From Planctomycetota bacterium (GTDB taxonomy: Bacteria > Planctomycetota > PLA2 > JAEUHO01): a DNA stretch of 64,000 nt. The notes beneath the pieces were generated by a model. The model was not told where the DNA came from and did no database searches. It was given only the letters and a program-made list of their open reading frames with translations. Shown here piece after piece: positions 1-14,923 of this stretch (positions are counted from its first letter, which is position 1; each line of letters starts with the position of its first letter). Location: NCBI GenBank assembly GCA_965223505.1, contig CBDCWP010000008.1, forward strand, positions 64,001 to 128,000. Reading direction: 5' to 3'. The translations under genes and the position numbers were made by a program.

Positions 1-490
1 CCTCGACGAGCGCGTTCTCCGCCAAGGAGTCCCAGACGCTGTACGTGATGCGGCCGCCCGGCCGCAGCACGCGAAACGCCTCTCGAAGCGCGGCGACCGG
101 GTCGGGAAAGAACATGATCCCGAACTGGCACGCGACGGCGTCGAAATGATCGTCCGGGTACGGGAGCGCCTGCGCGTCGGCCACCTCGTACGTCACCCGC
201 GCCAGGCCGCCGCGGCGCTTGATCGCCTCGTCGAGCATCGCCTCGTTGAGGTCCGTCGCGACGATCTCCGCGTCGGGCAGCGCCTCGTGGAGCGCCTCCG
301 TCGAGATGCCCGTTCCGCAGGCGATCTCGAGGACACGGCCTCCGGCGGGCACGCTCACCCGCTCGGCAAGCCGGCGGGCGGACCAGTGGAACAGCAGGGG
401 CCCCAGCTTCTCGTCGTAGATCGCGGGAATGGAGCCGTCGAATTGGGCGACAGATTGCACGTCTTTGTCCTCGTTCGGGTCGGTGGTCAT
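1..490 (-). CDS. Class I SAM-dependent methyltransferase (UbiE-like), 3' end runs off the window
   Basis: Manual translation from ATG 490: MTTDPNEDKDVQSVAQFDGSIPAIYDEKLGP...VLEIACGTG (SAM motif I)...ATDLNEAML...ADAQALPYPDDHFDAVACQFGIMFF...RVLRPGG. Not in the ORF track because it is truncated. Confidence 0.9.
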   Translation of the reverse strand, partial: MTTDPNEDKDVQSVAQFDGSIPAIYDEKLGPLLFHWSARRLAERVSVPAGGRVLEIACGTGISTEALHEALPDAEIVATDLNEAMLDEAIKRRGGLARVTYEVADAQALPYPDDHFDAVACQFGIMFFPDPVAALREAFRVLRPGGRITYSVWDSLAENALVE

Positions 491-542
491 CGCATGAACT
501 CCCAAACGTCAACGTAGGGGACCGGAAATTTCCGTCGGGTCG

Positions 543-1352
543 CTAGGCCCCGGCCGACCGGGCCTTGCCGACGAACGCGCGTGCCTTCTCCAGATCCAGG
601 CGCCCGCGGCGCTTGAGGCTCGTGCCGACGATGACGCCCGTGGCGAACTTCAGCAGCACGTGCACGTTCTCGATCGTCGCACCCGACCCGACGATCACCG
701 GCCTGCGTCCGACGGCCTCGCTCACCGCGCGCAGCTCGTCGAGGTCCACGGCCGAGCCCGTCCGAGAGCCGGAAACGAGCACGCCGTCCGCCCCGCCGCG
801 GCCGACGAGGTCGCGCGCCTCGTCGTCGATCGGACGCTCGGCGAGCGGCGCCGCGTGCTTGACGCGCACGTCGGCGAAGATCTTCACCCGCGGGCACAGC
901 CGCGTGCGCGTGCGCAGCACGTTCGCGGCATCGGTTTCGATCAGGCCCTGATCCGTCATGGCCGCGCCGCTCAGCACGTTCACACGGATGAAGTCGAGTT
1001 CGCAGGCCGCCGCGACGGCGAGCGCGGCGAACGCGTCGTTTCGGAGCACGTTCACGCCCACGGCTTTCTCGTCGGAGACGACGTCGCGCACCTGGCGCGC
1101 GGCCGAGCTCATCGCGGCGACGGTCTCGGGCGGCACGGTCTCCTTGAAGAACGGCGCGTCGCCGTAGTTCTCGACGATCACGCCGTCGAAGCCGGCCTCG
1201 TCCAGGAGCGCCGCGTCGGCCTCGGCCCGCGCGAGCCACGCGTTGCTGCCCGTCTTCCACCCCGGCGAGCCCGGGAGCGGCGGCAGGTGAATCACGCCCA
1301 GGAGCAACGGGCGCGGGCTCAGCGGGTCGCGGGAAGTGGAGCGGGCGGGCAT
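543..1352 (-). CDS. BtpA/SgcQ family protein
   Basis: Motifs GVIHLPPLPGSP, DGVIVENYGDAPF, GVNVLRND, IFADVRVKHA, ADGVLVSG, GVIVGT; start taken at ATG 1352. Confidence 0.92.
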   Translation of the reverse strand: MPARSTSRDPLSPRPLLLGVIHLPPLPGSPGWKTGSNAWLARAEADAALLDEAGFDGVIVENYGDAPFFKETVPPETVAAMSSAARQVRDVVSDEKAVGVNVLRNDAFAALAVAAACELDFIRVNVLSGAAMTDQGLIETDAANVLRTRTRLCPRVKIFADVRVKHAAPLAERPIDDEARDLVGRGGADGVLVSGSRTGSAVDLDELRAVSEAVGRRPVIVGSGATIENVHVLLKFATGVIVGTSLKRRGRLDLEKARAFVGKARSAGA

Positions 1353-1435
1353 GGCGGATCCGGTCGGACGTGGCGTGGTCGGAATGCTATCCTGCCGCGC
1401 CCTGCGAAGGTCACAACCGAGAAGGAGTCCCTGCC

Positions 1436-2014
1436 ATGGCCATCGAGCTTCCTCCGCTTCCGTACGCACAAGACGCCCTCGCGCCGCACATCAGCGCCGA
1501 GACGCTGGATTTCCACTACGGCAAGCACCACGCGGCGTACGTCGGCAACCTGAACGGCATGATCGAAGGCACGGACGATGCCGACAAGGACCTCGAGACG
1601 ATCATCATGGAGAGCGACGGCGGCAAGTTCAACAACGCCGCGCAGATCTGGAACCATTCATTCTACTGGAATTGCATGAAGGCCGGCGGCGGTGGTGCAC
1701 CCTCCGGCGCGCTGGCCGAGGCGATCGACCGCGACTTCGGTTCGTTCGAGAAGTTCGCGACGGACTTCAAGCAGGCGGCGATGACCCAGTTCGGCTCAGG
1801 CTGGGCCTGGCTCGCGCAGAAGGACGGAAAGCTCGAGATCCAGAAGACCGCGAACGCCGGCCTGCCGATGAAGCACGGCGACAAGGCGCTCTTGACCTGC
1901 GACGTCTGGGAGCACGCCTACTACATCGACTACCGGAACGCGCGTGCGACGTACGTGGACGCGTTCCTCGAGCACCTGGTCAACTGGGAATTCGTGGCCT
2001 CCAACATGGGTTAG
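1436..2014 (+). CDS. sodB: Superoxide dismutase [Fe]
   Basis: LPPLPY..ALAPHIS.ETL.FHYGKHH, NNAAQIWNH (AAQ is the Fe-type signature), QFGSGWAWL, DVWEHAYY; SD GAAGGAG upstream of ATG 1436. Confidence 0.96.
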   Translation: MAIELPPLPYAQDALAPHISAETLDFHYGKHHAAYVGNLNGMIEGTDDADKDLETIIMESDGGKFNNAAQIWNHSFYWNCMKAGGGGAPSGALAEAIDRDFGSFEKFATDFKQAAMTQFGSGWAWLAQKDGKLEIQKTANAGLPMKHGDKALLTCDVWEHAYYIDYRNARATYVDAFLEHLVNWEFVASNMG

Positions 2015-2019
2015 CCCCG

Positions 2020-2475
2020 GTGCGGTACACCGTCGGGGTCGACCTGGATCTGCCGCGCGATCGTGTCGTCGAGCTCTTCGACAGCACGGAGAACCTCTAC
2101 AAGTGGCAAGAGGGGCTGCAGAGCTTCGAGCCTCTGGAGGGAGAGCCCGGCCAGAAGGGCTCGACGGCGAAGATGTCGTTCTTGATGGGCAAGCGCAAGC
2201 TCGAGATGGTCGAGACCATCGACAAGCGCAACCTGCCCGACGAACTCGACACGACCTACGAAGCGCGGGGGTGTCTCAACGTCTGCAAGAACCGCTTCAT
2301 CGAGCTCGGGCCGGACAAGACCCGCTGGGAGGCCGACCAGCAGTTCAAGTTCTCGGGACCGATGAAGCTGTTCGCCTGGATGATGCCGGGCGCCTTCAAG
2401 AAGGTGAGCCTGAAGTACATGACCGACTTCAAGGCGTTCGCGGAGGAGGGCAAGGACGTCCGCGACGCCTCGTAA
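2020..2475 (+). CDS. SRPBCC (START-like) family protein
   Basis: GTG 2020: RYTVGVDLDLPRDRVVELFDSTENLYKWQEGL...MPGAFKK.SLKYMTDFKAFAE, a typical SRPBCC pattern. Confidence 0.8.
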   Translation: MRYTVGVDLDLPRDRVVELFDSTENLYKWQEGLQSFEPLEGEPGQKGSTAKMSFLMGKRKLEMVETIDKRNLPDELDTTYEARGCLNVCKNRFIELGPDKTRWEADQQFKFSGPMKLFAWMMPGAFKKVSLKYMTDFKAFAEEGKDVRDAS

Positions 2476-2534
2476 CGATTGACCGAAACCCAACTGCTGA
2501 TCCTGCGCCTTTCGCTGGAAAGAGGTGTGTCTCA

Positions 2535-3503
2535 ATGTCCGTCTTCATCAGCCACGCGCATATCGACAAAGGTCTGGCCAAGGGCCTGAAGAAGTTGATC
2601 GACAAGATCACGTCCAGGACCATCAAGGTCTGGCACTCGAGCGAGACGCGGCCGACCGGTGGCATGAAGTTCGGCAAGTACCGCGAGCAGATCAGCGAGA
2701 GGGTCGACGAGTCCAACATCATCGTCGTGATCCTCAGCCCGCAGTCCAGCGAGCGTCCATTCCTAGTCTGGGAGAGTGGTCTTGCGGAGGGGAAGAAGAA
2801 GGCGATCGTGCCGCTCCTGTTTTGGATGGATCCGAGTCGCACCCACGCCGTGTTCGAGCCGAATCAGTGCTTCCTCGGGGATGATCGCGAGAGCATCGAG
2901 AATCTCTGCGGACGCATTATCGAAGCGCAATCCGGTGAATCCCCGAACTCAAAGGACGTCGCGGGGTGGCGCTCGAAGATCCGGAAGTTCCTGAAGCGTG
3001 TCGAGGCCGAACGGAAGCGGTCCGACGAACGCATGCTCTTTCACGACCACTTCCACAACCACGATACCGCGGAGAAGGTCAGCGGTCGTTGGGCCGCGTT
3101 GTGGACCGGCTTCAAGGCTGACGGTAGCGAGGAGCGGTTCGAAGTAGACACGCTTCGCGCCTGGACGGACGAGACCCGTCTGCGGATGGTCGGCGACGGA
3201 GCCAAGGGCAAGCCCTATCCCATGGAGGGCGTCGTGTCCTCGCTCGGACAGATTGCGCTGACGTATTGGAGTGAAGGAAACACCGCGATTTGCGGCACGG
3301 TACTGCTCGATCCGGCGGGCGCCGACATCGGGTCCGCCTACCTGGGCACCTGGCAGGGCTTCACGGCCAAGGACCTGAAGTCCAAGCTCACGTACCATCG
3401 CGGCCGCGTCGCGATGGCGAGGATGGAAGAAGAGGACGACGACGGCGAAGCTGCCAAGTGGGTGCAAGACGTGCTCTCGAGGCCGTTCGACTGGATCGTC
3501 TAG
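2535..3503 (+). CDS. TIR domain protein with C-terminal predicted beta-barrel
   Basis: N-terminus SVFISHAHIDK...IIVVILSPQSSERPFLVWESGLA...IVPL fits TIR_2 with the putative catalytic Glu; the C-terminal ~140 aa are beta-strand rich; SD GAGG upstream. Confidence 0.85.
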   Translation: MSVFISHAHIDKGLAKGLKKLIDKITSRTIKVWHSSETRPTGGMKFGKYREQISERVDESNIIVVILSPQSSERPFLVWESGLAEGKKKAIVPLLFWMDPSRTHAVFEPNQCFLGDDRESIENLCGRIIEAQSGESPNSKDVAGWRSKIRKFLKRVEAERKRSDERMLFHDHFHNHDTAEKVSGRWAALWTGFKADGSEERFEVDTLRAWTDETRLRMVGDGAKGKPYPMEGVVSSLGQIALTYWSEGNTAICGTVLLDPAGADIGSAYLGTWQGFTAKDLKSKLTYHRGRVAMARMEEEDDDGEAAKWVQDVLSRPFDWIV

Positions 3504-8936
<5,433 letters not shown>

Positions 8937-9356
8937 ATCGTTTCAAAACAAGGGGTTGTGCGCTTGGCTGGCGACGCGCGGCGGCCGTCGCCGATTCCGG
9001 CGGACAATTCCGCCATGAGCCTGCCCGATTTTAGGCGTCGTGGCCGGAAGGCGCCATGGGTGTACGCGGGGTCGTTCGCGCGGCCGTCGGGTCGACGTCG
9101 CGTACGGAACGGTCGCGCGGGTTGGCCGTGCGACCCCCATTTTCAGCCCTTTGCGGGTGAGGACGGAGCGGGCCCCAGCCGATGTTCTGGAGTACGCGCG
9201 GCGCCACGTTCGCATCTCGTTCGTCGGCCCCCCGCGCTACCGTGATCGCAGGTCGGACGCCGGGCGGGAATTTCGCCGCCGCGGCGGCGTGGAGCGTGCA
9301 TTCCGCGCTGCGCCTGCTACGGATGGGACCGAGCGCGACAAGGGAGGGCGGACTTG

Positions 9357-10421
9357 ATGGGACGGATGCTGGGCAGAGTGGGAACCGCGGTCGTGTTGGG
9401 CGCCGCGCTCATCCTCGTTTTCACCGCGCCGCTCCTCGAGGCGGCGCCCGATGACCGGGTCCAGCCCGCCCGGGACCGCATCCTGGCCCGCGGTCCGACC
9501 ACCGTCGCACCCCGCAACCTCGTCTCGGCGGGAGGGGACCTCACGGCCCTGCAGCTTGCCGCTCGCTATCGCATGACCTACGCGGACGCGATCAATCACG
9601 TGAAGCTCGTCGGTCGCGACGGCCTCGTCCTGCGCCTCTACCCCGGCACGCCGGACGTCATCGTCTTCGGCAAGCGGGTCGAGCTGAAGGTGCGCATCGA
9701 GCGCGACGGTCGCGACGTCAAGATCCCCGCGAAGGCCGTCCGTTACCTGAGCGGCCGCATCGATCGCGAGCGGGCGCAGCGGGCGCGGACTGCCGCGAAG
9801 CCGGCGGCGCCGCGCGTGCCGAAGTACGTGCCCAAGTCGCGCCCCAAGCGGCCGGCCGTGGCCGTCACGCCCAAGCCGCAGCGCAAGGTCACGCCCAAGC
9901 CGCGCGTCGATCGCGGGTGGATCCCGAACGCGAAGGAGCGTTCGTGGAAGTACATCGTCGTCCATCACTCGGATGACCTGAGCGGCAACGCCGCGAAGTA
10001 CGACCGCATCCACCGCGAGGTGAACGGCTGGGACAGCCTCGGCTACCACTTCGTCATCGGCAACGGCACGATGTCGCGTGACGGGCAGATCGAGATCGGT
10101 CCGCGCTGGCCGATCCAGAAGCACGGCGCGCACGCGCGCAACCACGCGCTCGGTCACAACGACTTCAACGAGCAGGGCATCGGCATCTGTCTCGTCGGCG
10201 ACTTCCACAAGACACCGCGGGAGCCGTCCGCCAAGCAGTTCGAGGAGCTTGTTCGTCTGACGCGCTGGCTCATGAAGCGCTACGGCATCGACGCCGAGCA
10301 CGTCGTACGTCACTGCGACTGCTGCGCAACCGAGTGCCCGGGGCAGTACTTTCCCTGGAACCGCTACAAGTCGCGCCTGAAGGGCGCGCGGCCGATTCCG
10401 GCGGAGCCGGTCTCGCGTTGA
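9357..10421 (+). CDS. N-acetylmuramoyl-L-alanine amidase (Amidase_2/PGRP-like), secreted
   Basis: Signal peptide, basic Pro-rich linker, WKYIVVHHS, GWDSLGYHFVIGNG, GAHA, GIGICLVGDF, H...TECPG zinc ligands; SD GGAGGG. Confidence 0.92.
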   Translation: MGRMLGRVGTAVVLGAALILVFTAPLLEAAPDDRVQPARDRILARGPTTVAPRNLVSAGGDLTALQLAARYRMTYADAINHVKLVGRDGLVLRLYPGTPDVIVFGKRVELKVRIERDGRDVKIPAKAVRYLSGRIDRERAQRARTAAKPAAPRVPKYVPKSRPKRPAVAVTPKPQRKVTPKPRVDRGWIPNAKERSWKYIVVHHSDDLSGNAAKYDRIHREVNGWDSLGYHFVIGNGTMSRDGQIEIGPRWPIQKHGAHARNHALGHNDFNEQGIGICLVGDFHKTPREPSAKQFEELVRLTRWLMKRYGIDAEHVVRHCDCCATECPGQYFPWNRYKSRLKGARPIPAEPVSR

Positions 10422-10438
10422 CGCAATAATCCGGGGCC

Positions 10439-11368
10439 ATGGCAACCCAGCCCATCCCCGCCGCGCTCGCCGCCGCGTACGAGGACGCGCTGACGAAGCG
10501 CGACGTCGCCGAGCTGCTCAAGACGACCGCGGAGCTGCAGAAGCGAGGGAGCTTCCGGCACTGTGAGCAGTGGCTGCAGCAGGCGCGGGAGGCGGTTCCC
10601 GACGAGCCGCGCTTCGCGGTGCGCATGCTCGAGATCTACCTGCGCTACCGCAGCTGGCCCGAGTTCGACGCGCTCGAGAAGGAAGCCGTCGCGCGGCACG
10701 CGGATGCGTGGGAGCTGTACTACGTGATCGGTTGCGGGCACGAGGCGCGCGGCGAGTGGGCGGAGGCGGCCAACGCGTTCGAGCGCGCGTCGGCCCTCAA
10801 CGCGGACGAGACCGAGTCGGTGCTGCGCGAGGTGCGCGCGCTGCGCATCCAGGGCAAGGCGCGCGACGCGATCCAGGTGTTGAAGCGCGCGCTGAAGCGC
10901 CACGACGAGGTCGCGCCCCTGCACGCGAACATGGGGTACGCGCTGGTCGACGAGCGGAAGCCCGAGGAGGCGGTCAAGCACTTCCGCCGCGCGCTCGACC
11001 ACCAGCCGGACTGGCAGCCCTATCTCGACGATCTTGCAGGGGCGTTGATGCTCAGCGAACGGTGGCGCGAGGCCGCCGCCGCGGCGATCAAGTCGTTGGA
11101 GCAGCGCAAGGCGAACGAGCGCGCGTGGACGGTGTACGGCATCGCGTTCCACAAGATGGGGGACGACAAGCGCGCCGAGCAGGGATACAAGAACGCCATT
11201 CGCGCGGCGAAGAACCCGTCGCGCGCGAAGGGCAACTACGGGCTGTTCTTGTCGTCGCGTCCGGAACGATTGCTGGAGGCGGCGCGGTTGCTGAAAGAGG
11301 CGTATCGGCAGCATCCGGACTGGCACGAAGTCGGCGCGGCGCTCGATCTGCTGCTGGACAGCCGGTAG
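10439..11368 (+). CDS. Tetratricopeptide repeat protein
   Basis: Repeated TPR-type helices (LHANMGYAL...A.KHFRRAL.HQP, AWTVYGIAF...AEQGYKNAI). Confidence 0.85.
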   Translation: MATQPIPAALAAAYEDALTKRDVAELLKTTAELQKRGSFRHCEQWLQQAREAVPDEPRFAVRMLEIYLRYRSWPEFDALEKEAVARHADAWELYYVIGCGHEARGEWAEAANAFERASALNADETESVLREVRALRIQGKARDAIQVLKRALKRHDEVAPLHANMGYALVDERKPEEAVKHFRRALDHQPDWQPYLDDLAGALMLSERWREAAAAAIKSLEQRKANERAWTVYGIAFHKMGDDKRAEQGYKNAIRAAKNPSRAKGNYGLFLSSRPERLLEAARLLKEAYRQHPDWHEVGAALDLLLDSR

Positions 11369-11376
11369 AGGCCGCG

Positions 11377-11530
11377 AGCGGGAGTGGGAGCGGGAGCGGG
11401 ATCGGGTCGGCAGCGGGGTCGGGTTTGGCAAACCGCTCCTTCGTGATGGCGCCGTAGTAGGGGCGGGGCTTGACCCCGACCGCGCCGGCATCGGGTTCGC
11501 CATCGGTATCGGGGGTCGGGGTTGGCGGTC
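11377..11530. repeat. Intergenic hexamer tract (GGGAGC/GGGATC-like) plus a degenerate GTAG REP-like hairpin
   Basis: GGGAGTGGGAGCGGGAGCGGGATCGGG; GTAGGGGCGGGGCTTGACCCCG near 11457; lies between convergent genes. Confidence 0.5.
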
Positions 11531-11532
11531 CG

Positions 11533-13059
11533 CTACGGCGGCAACGCCTGCCAGAAGCGCTCCATCGCGCCCTCGTCCTCGTGCGTCAGATCCATGTGCT
11601 CCACCAGGAACGCGAAGAGCCGCGGATCGCGCCGCTTCAGCTCCGAGCGCGTGTGCCGCGCCGTGTCGCGCAAACAGCCGCGCTTGCGCAACGACACCAG
11701 CGCCTCGTAGCCCTGCGCGAAGTACTCGTCCACGTTCGACGCCGCGTAGTAGTCGAGACACCGGTCCGTTCGCAACGCGTCCGCGTAGAGCCGCTCGACC
11801 TCGCGCACCAGCTCCCGCGGAAACGCCTGCCGCAACACCTGGTGCGCGAACTCGTGCGCGAACGTGTTGAAGCCGAACGCCGAAGCCGTCCGCAGCTTCT
11901 CGATCCCCGTCGCCGCCGCGCGTCCGCCGACGCCGCGTAGATGCGCGTACCGACGTCCGTCGAACGTGAATCGATCCGCCAGGTCGCGGCGCTTCGGGTG
12001 ATCGCTCAACGAGTCGCTCAGCGACAGGATCTCGTGCGTCGCCCGCGCCTCGATGAGCTGCGGCAGCCAGGCACGCGCCGGCGCGACCGAGGTACGCACG
12101 ATGCGCTGCGTGCGCTCGTCCAGGTCGTCCCACCCCATGACGTACGCCGACAGCAACGGCACCTGCGGCGCCGGCAGGAGGAAGTACGTCGCGCTGATGT
12201 CGCCGCCGAAGGCCACCTCCGCTCGACGTCGAAGGTCGCGGCGCACGAGGCCGTAGCCGAGCCGGTACTTGAAGTTGGTGGGGGAGCGGCGCGTCAGGGC
12301 GTCGAAGCGCGCCGACGCCTCCTCGAGCCGGCCGTCGTCCCAGGCATCGACCGAGTGCTCGAAGAGCTTGCCCTCGAGCCCCGTTCGCCACGACGGGTCC
12401 TTGAACGCGGGTCCGAAGCCGCTTCCCAAGCGGATGTTGGCTTCCTCGCCCGCCGGGTCGATCAAGAGCGCGCGCGTGTACGCCTTGCGTGCCTCCTGCA
12501 TGTCGCCCGCTCGGAACGCCGCGCGCGCGTACGCTTCGAGCGCGCCGTCGTAGCCGGGCGCGACGCGTATCGCGCGTTTGGCCGCGTCGAGCGCGAGGTC
12601 GTACCGGCCGAGGTCGACCAGCGCCAACGCGTGCGTTCGCCACGCGGGGCCGCTGCGGCGTCCTGACGGCGTCGTCAGCGCGAGTGTCGTCTCCGCGAGC
12701 GCCGCTCGCGGATCGCCTTCGAGCAGATGGATGCTCGCAAGTCCCGTGCGCGCCAACGGATTCCGCAGATCGCCGGCAAGCGCGCGCCAATAGGCGCGAC
12801 GGGCGCCGTCGAGATCGCAGCGGCGCCGTTGCACGTCTCCGAGCTGCACCCAGCCGAAGAAGTCGTCGGAGCGCTCGGCCAGGTGACGCCGCAGCACGAG
12901 CGTGGCGGCCTCGTAGCGGTCGTCTTCGAGCAGCGCCGCAACACGCGCGGCGACCTGTGCGTCGGAGGACGCGGCCTCGTACGCTTCGACGGGCGCGGCA
13001 CGCGGAAACGCGAGCGCGAGCAGCACGGCGAAAACGATCGGAGCGCGGACGAATTGCAC
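11533..13059 (-). CDS. Secreted TPR protein with C-terminal HExxH zinc metallopeptidase domain (ATLF/MtfA-like)
   Basis: Signal peptide, TPRs, then DGRRY...RGVGG, TFAHEFAH, YAASNVDEYFAQ (third zinc ligand). Confidence 0.82.
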   Translation of the reverse strand: MQFVRAPIVFAVLLALAFPRAAPVEAYEAASSDAQVAARVAALLEDDRYEAATLVLRRHLAERSDDFFGWVQLGDVQRRRCDLDGARRAYWRALAGDLRNPLARTGLASIHLLEGDPRAALAETTLALTTPSGRRSGPAWRTHALALVDLGRYDLALDAAKRAIRVAPGYDGALEAYARAAFRAGDMQEARKAYTRALLIDPAGEEANIRLGSGFGPAFKDPSWRTGLEGKLFEHSVDAWDDGRLEEASARFDALTRRSPTNFKYRLGYGLVRRDLRRRAEVAFGGDISATYFLLPAPQVPLLSAYVMGWDDLDERTQRIVRTSVAPARAWLPQLIEARATHEILSLSDSLSDHPKRRDLADRFTFDGRRYAHLRGVGGRAAATGIEKLRTASAFGFNTFAHEFAHQVLRQAFPRELVREVERLYADALRTDRCLDYYAASNVDEYFAQGYEALVSLRKRGCLRDTARHTRSELKRRDPRLFAFLVEHMDLTHEDEGAMERFWQALPP

Positions 13060-13123
13060 GCGTCAAGGGTAACGGGGACGGCGGTCCTCGGGGCGTGACC
13101 AGTCGCAGCGCTATACTTCGCCC

Positions 13124-14923
13124 ATGAAACTTCGACGCCTCCTCTGTCTCCTTCCGCTCTTGGTGTGTGCAACGGTTTTCGCGGAGGAGAAGACGCCGAC
13201 GTTCAGCCCGGACATCACCGTCGACGACCTCCGCGCGCACCTGGAGCACATCGCGTCGGACGCGATGGGCGGCCGCGAGACCCTCAGCCCGGACTCGATC
13301 ACCGCGTCCGCGTACATCGCCGGCCACTGGGAACGGAGCGGCGTCACGCCCATGGGCGCGGACGGCTCGTGGTTTCAGCCCTACTCGATCAAACAGCCCG
13401 TGCTGAACCCGGGGAATCGTCTCGTCGTCTACACGCCGGACGGCAGCCGCGAGTGCGCGGTCGAGAAGGACTGGAATCCGTTCTCGGTCACGCCGCCGTC
13501 CGAGATCAAGGGCGACGTGGTCTTCGCCGGCTACGGCATCACCGCGCCCGGCCGCCAGTACGACGACTACGCCGGCGTCGACGTGAAGGACAAGATCGTC
13601 CTGATCTTCCGCAAGAATCCCGGATGGCGCGAGCGGCAGCACGCGTCGTTCATGACCAAGCTCACCAACGCGGTCAAGCACGGCGCGAAGGCGGTGTTGC
13701 TCTGCAACGACCCGGCGACCGTGAAGTCCGCGAAGAAGGACACCATCTTCTCGTGGCGCGCGTCGCTCGGCCCGCCGACCGGCTCCGCCGCGATTCCCTA
13801 CGCGTTCATCACCCAGGACGTCGCCGCCGCGATGCTGAAGCAGACCGGCCGCTCGCTCGAGGAGATCGAAGCGCTGCTCAAGACGCAGGGGCCGCAGTCG
13901 GCGGCGCTCGATCAGATCCAGGTCGAGCTGAAGACGACCAAGCTCGGCACGAAGGAGTTGCCTGCCCGCAACGTGGTGGGTTTCCTGCTCGGCAGCGACC
14001 CGGAGCTGAACCAGGAGGTCGTCGTGCTCGGCGCGCACTTCGATCACGTAGGCGACGGCCGCTACGGAAGCATGAGCAACGCCGTCGGCCAGATCCACAA
14101 CGGCGCCGACGACAACGGCTCCGGCACGGTCACGCTGATCGAGCTGGCCGCGTGGTTCGGTAGGCCGGAGAACCGTCCGCGGCGCTCGTTGGTCCTCGTC
14201 GCGTTCTCCGGGGAAGAGCGCGGTCTGCTCGGCTCGCGTTACTACGTGAACCACCCGACGGTGCCGCTGGACGACATCGTCGCGATGATCAACATGGACA
14301 TGGTCGGACGCAGCCGCGGCGGGAAGCTGCAGATCGGCGGCGTGGGCACGGCGAAGGGCCTCAGAGACCTCGTCGCCGCGCACAACAAGACCCACCGCTT
14401 GAATGTCACGTGGGACCCGCAGGGCACGGCGCCGAGCGACAGCACGTCGTTCTTCCGCAAGGACCTGCCCGTGCTGTTCTTCTTCACCGGGCTGCACGAG
14501 GACTACCACCGGCCGACGGACGATCCCGACAAGATCAACTACGCGGACATGCAGCGCATCGCGTTGTTGGTGCGCGACGTCGCGCACGACATCGCGTGCC
14601 GCGACGAACGGCTCGTGTTCACGAAGCCGCCGCCGCGTCCGCGCCCGCCGGTGCTGGGCATCTCGCTCAGTCAGGAGCCCAACGAACACGGCCTGATGGT
14701 CGGCGGCGTCACGCCGAACGGCCCCGCGGCGAAGGGCGGCATGCAGGCCGGCGACATCATCATCTCGCTGGTCGGGCAGGCGATCCGCGATCGTCAGGGC
14801 CTCATGCAGGTGCTCGGCGGGCTCAAGCCCGGCAAGACGGTCAAGATCCAGGTGTTGCGTGAGGGGGAGCGCGTGACGTTGGAGGTCACCCTCGGTGAAC
14901 GTCCGCGCCGTCGCCGGCGTTGA
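13124..14923 (+). CDS. M28 family peptidase with PA and PDZ domains
   Basis: Signal peptide; VVFAGYGI...DDYAGVDVKDK (PA); GAHFDH, NGADDNGSG, FSGEERGLLGS, NMDMVGR, SDSTSF, DYHRPTD; C-terminal PDZ. Confidence 0.95.
   Translation: MKLRRLLCLLPLLVCATVFAEEKTPTFSPDITVDDLRAHLEHIASDAMGGRETLSPDSITASAYIAGHWERSGVTPMGADGSWFQPYSIKQPVLNPGNRLVVYTPDGSRECAVEKDWNPFSVTPPSEIKGDVVFAGYGITAPGRQYDDYAGVDVKDKIVLIFRKNPGWRERQHASFMTKLTNAVKHGAKAVLLCNDPATVKSAKKDTIFSWRASLGPPTGSAAIPYAFITQDVAAAMLKQTGRSLEEIEALLKTQGPQSAALDQIQVELKTTKLGTKELPARNVVGFLLGSDPELNQEVVVLGAHFDHVGDGRYGSMSNAVGQIHNGADDNGSGTVTLIELAAWFGRPENRPRRSLVLVAFSGEERGLLGSRYYVNHPTVPLDDIVAMINMDMVGRSRGGKLQIGGVGTAKGLRDLVAAHNKTHRLNVTWDPQGTAPSDSTSFFRKDLPVLFFFTGLHEDYHRPTDDPDKINYADMQRIALLVRDVAHDIACRDERLVFTKPPPRPRPPVLGISLSQEPNEHGLMVGGVTPNGPAAKGGMQAGDIIISLVGQAIRDRQGLMQVLGGLKPGKTVKIQVLREGERVTLEVTLGERPRRRRR

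Noticed and set aside
2535..3503. Complete Thoeris, CBASS or Pycsar system
   Set aside because: No ThsA, CD-NTase or cyclase partner is recognisable nearby; the neighbouring GGDEF is degenerate and part of another protein.
8937..9356. Sigma-54 promoter for the amidase gene as the giant activator's target
   Set aside because: Only bare GG-N10-GC matches, which are common at high GC; no GGCAC...TTGC consensus found.
10364..14689. 1441-aa minus-strand ORF and similar long ORFs (3756-6689 +, 26990-29440 -, 51586-53766 -, upstream part of 55053-57239 -)
   Set aside because: Antisense or off-frame shadows of well-supported genes, expected at high GC; Arg/Ala-rich and without motifs.
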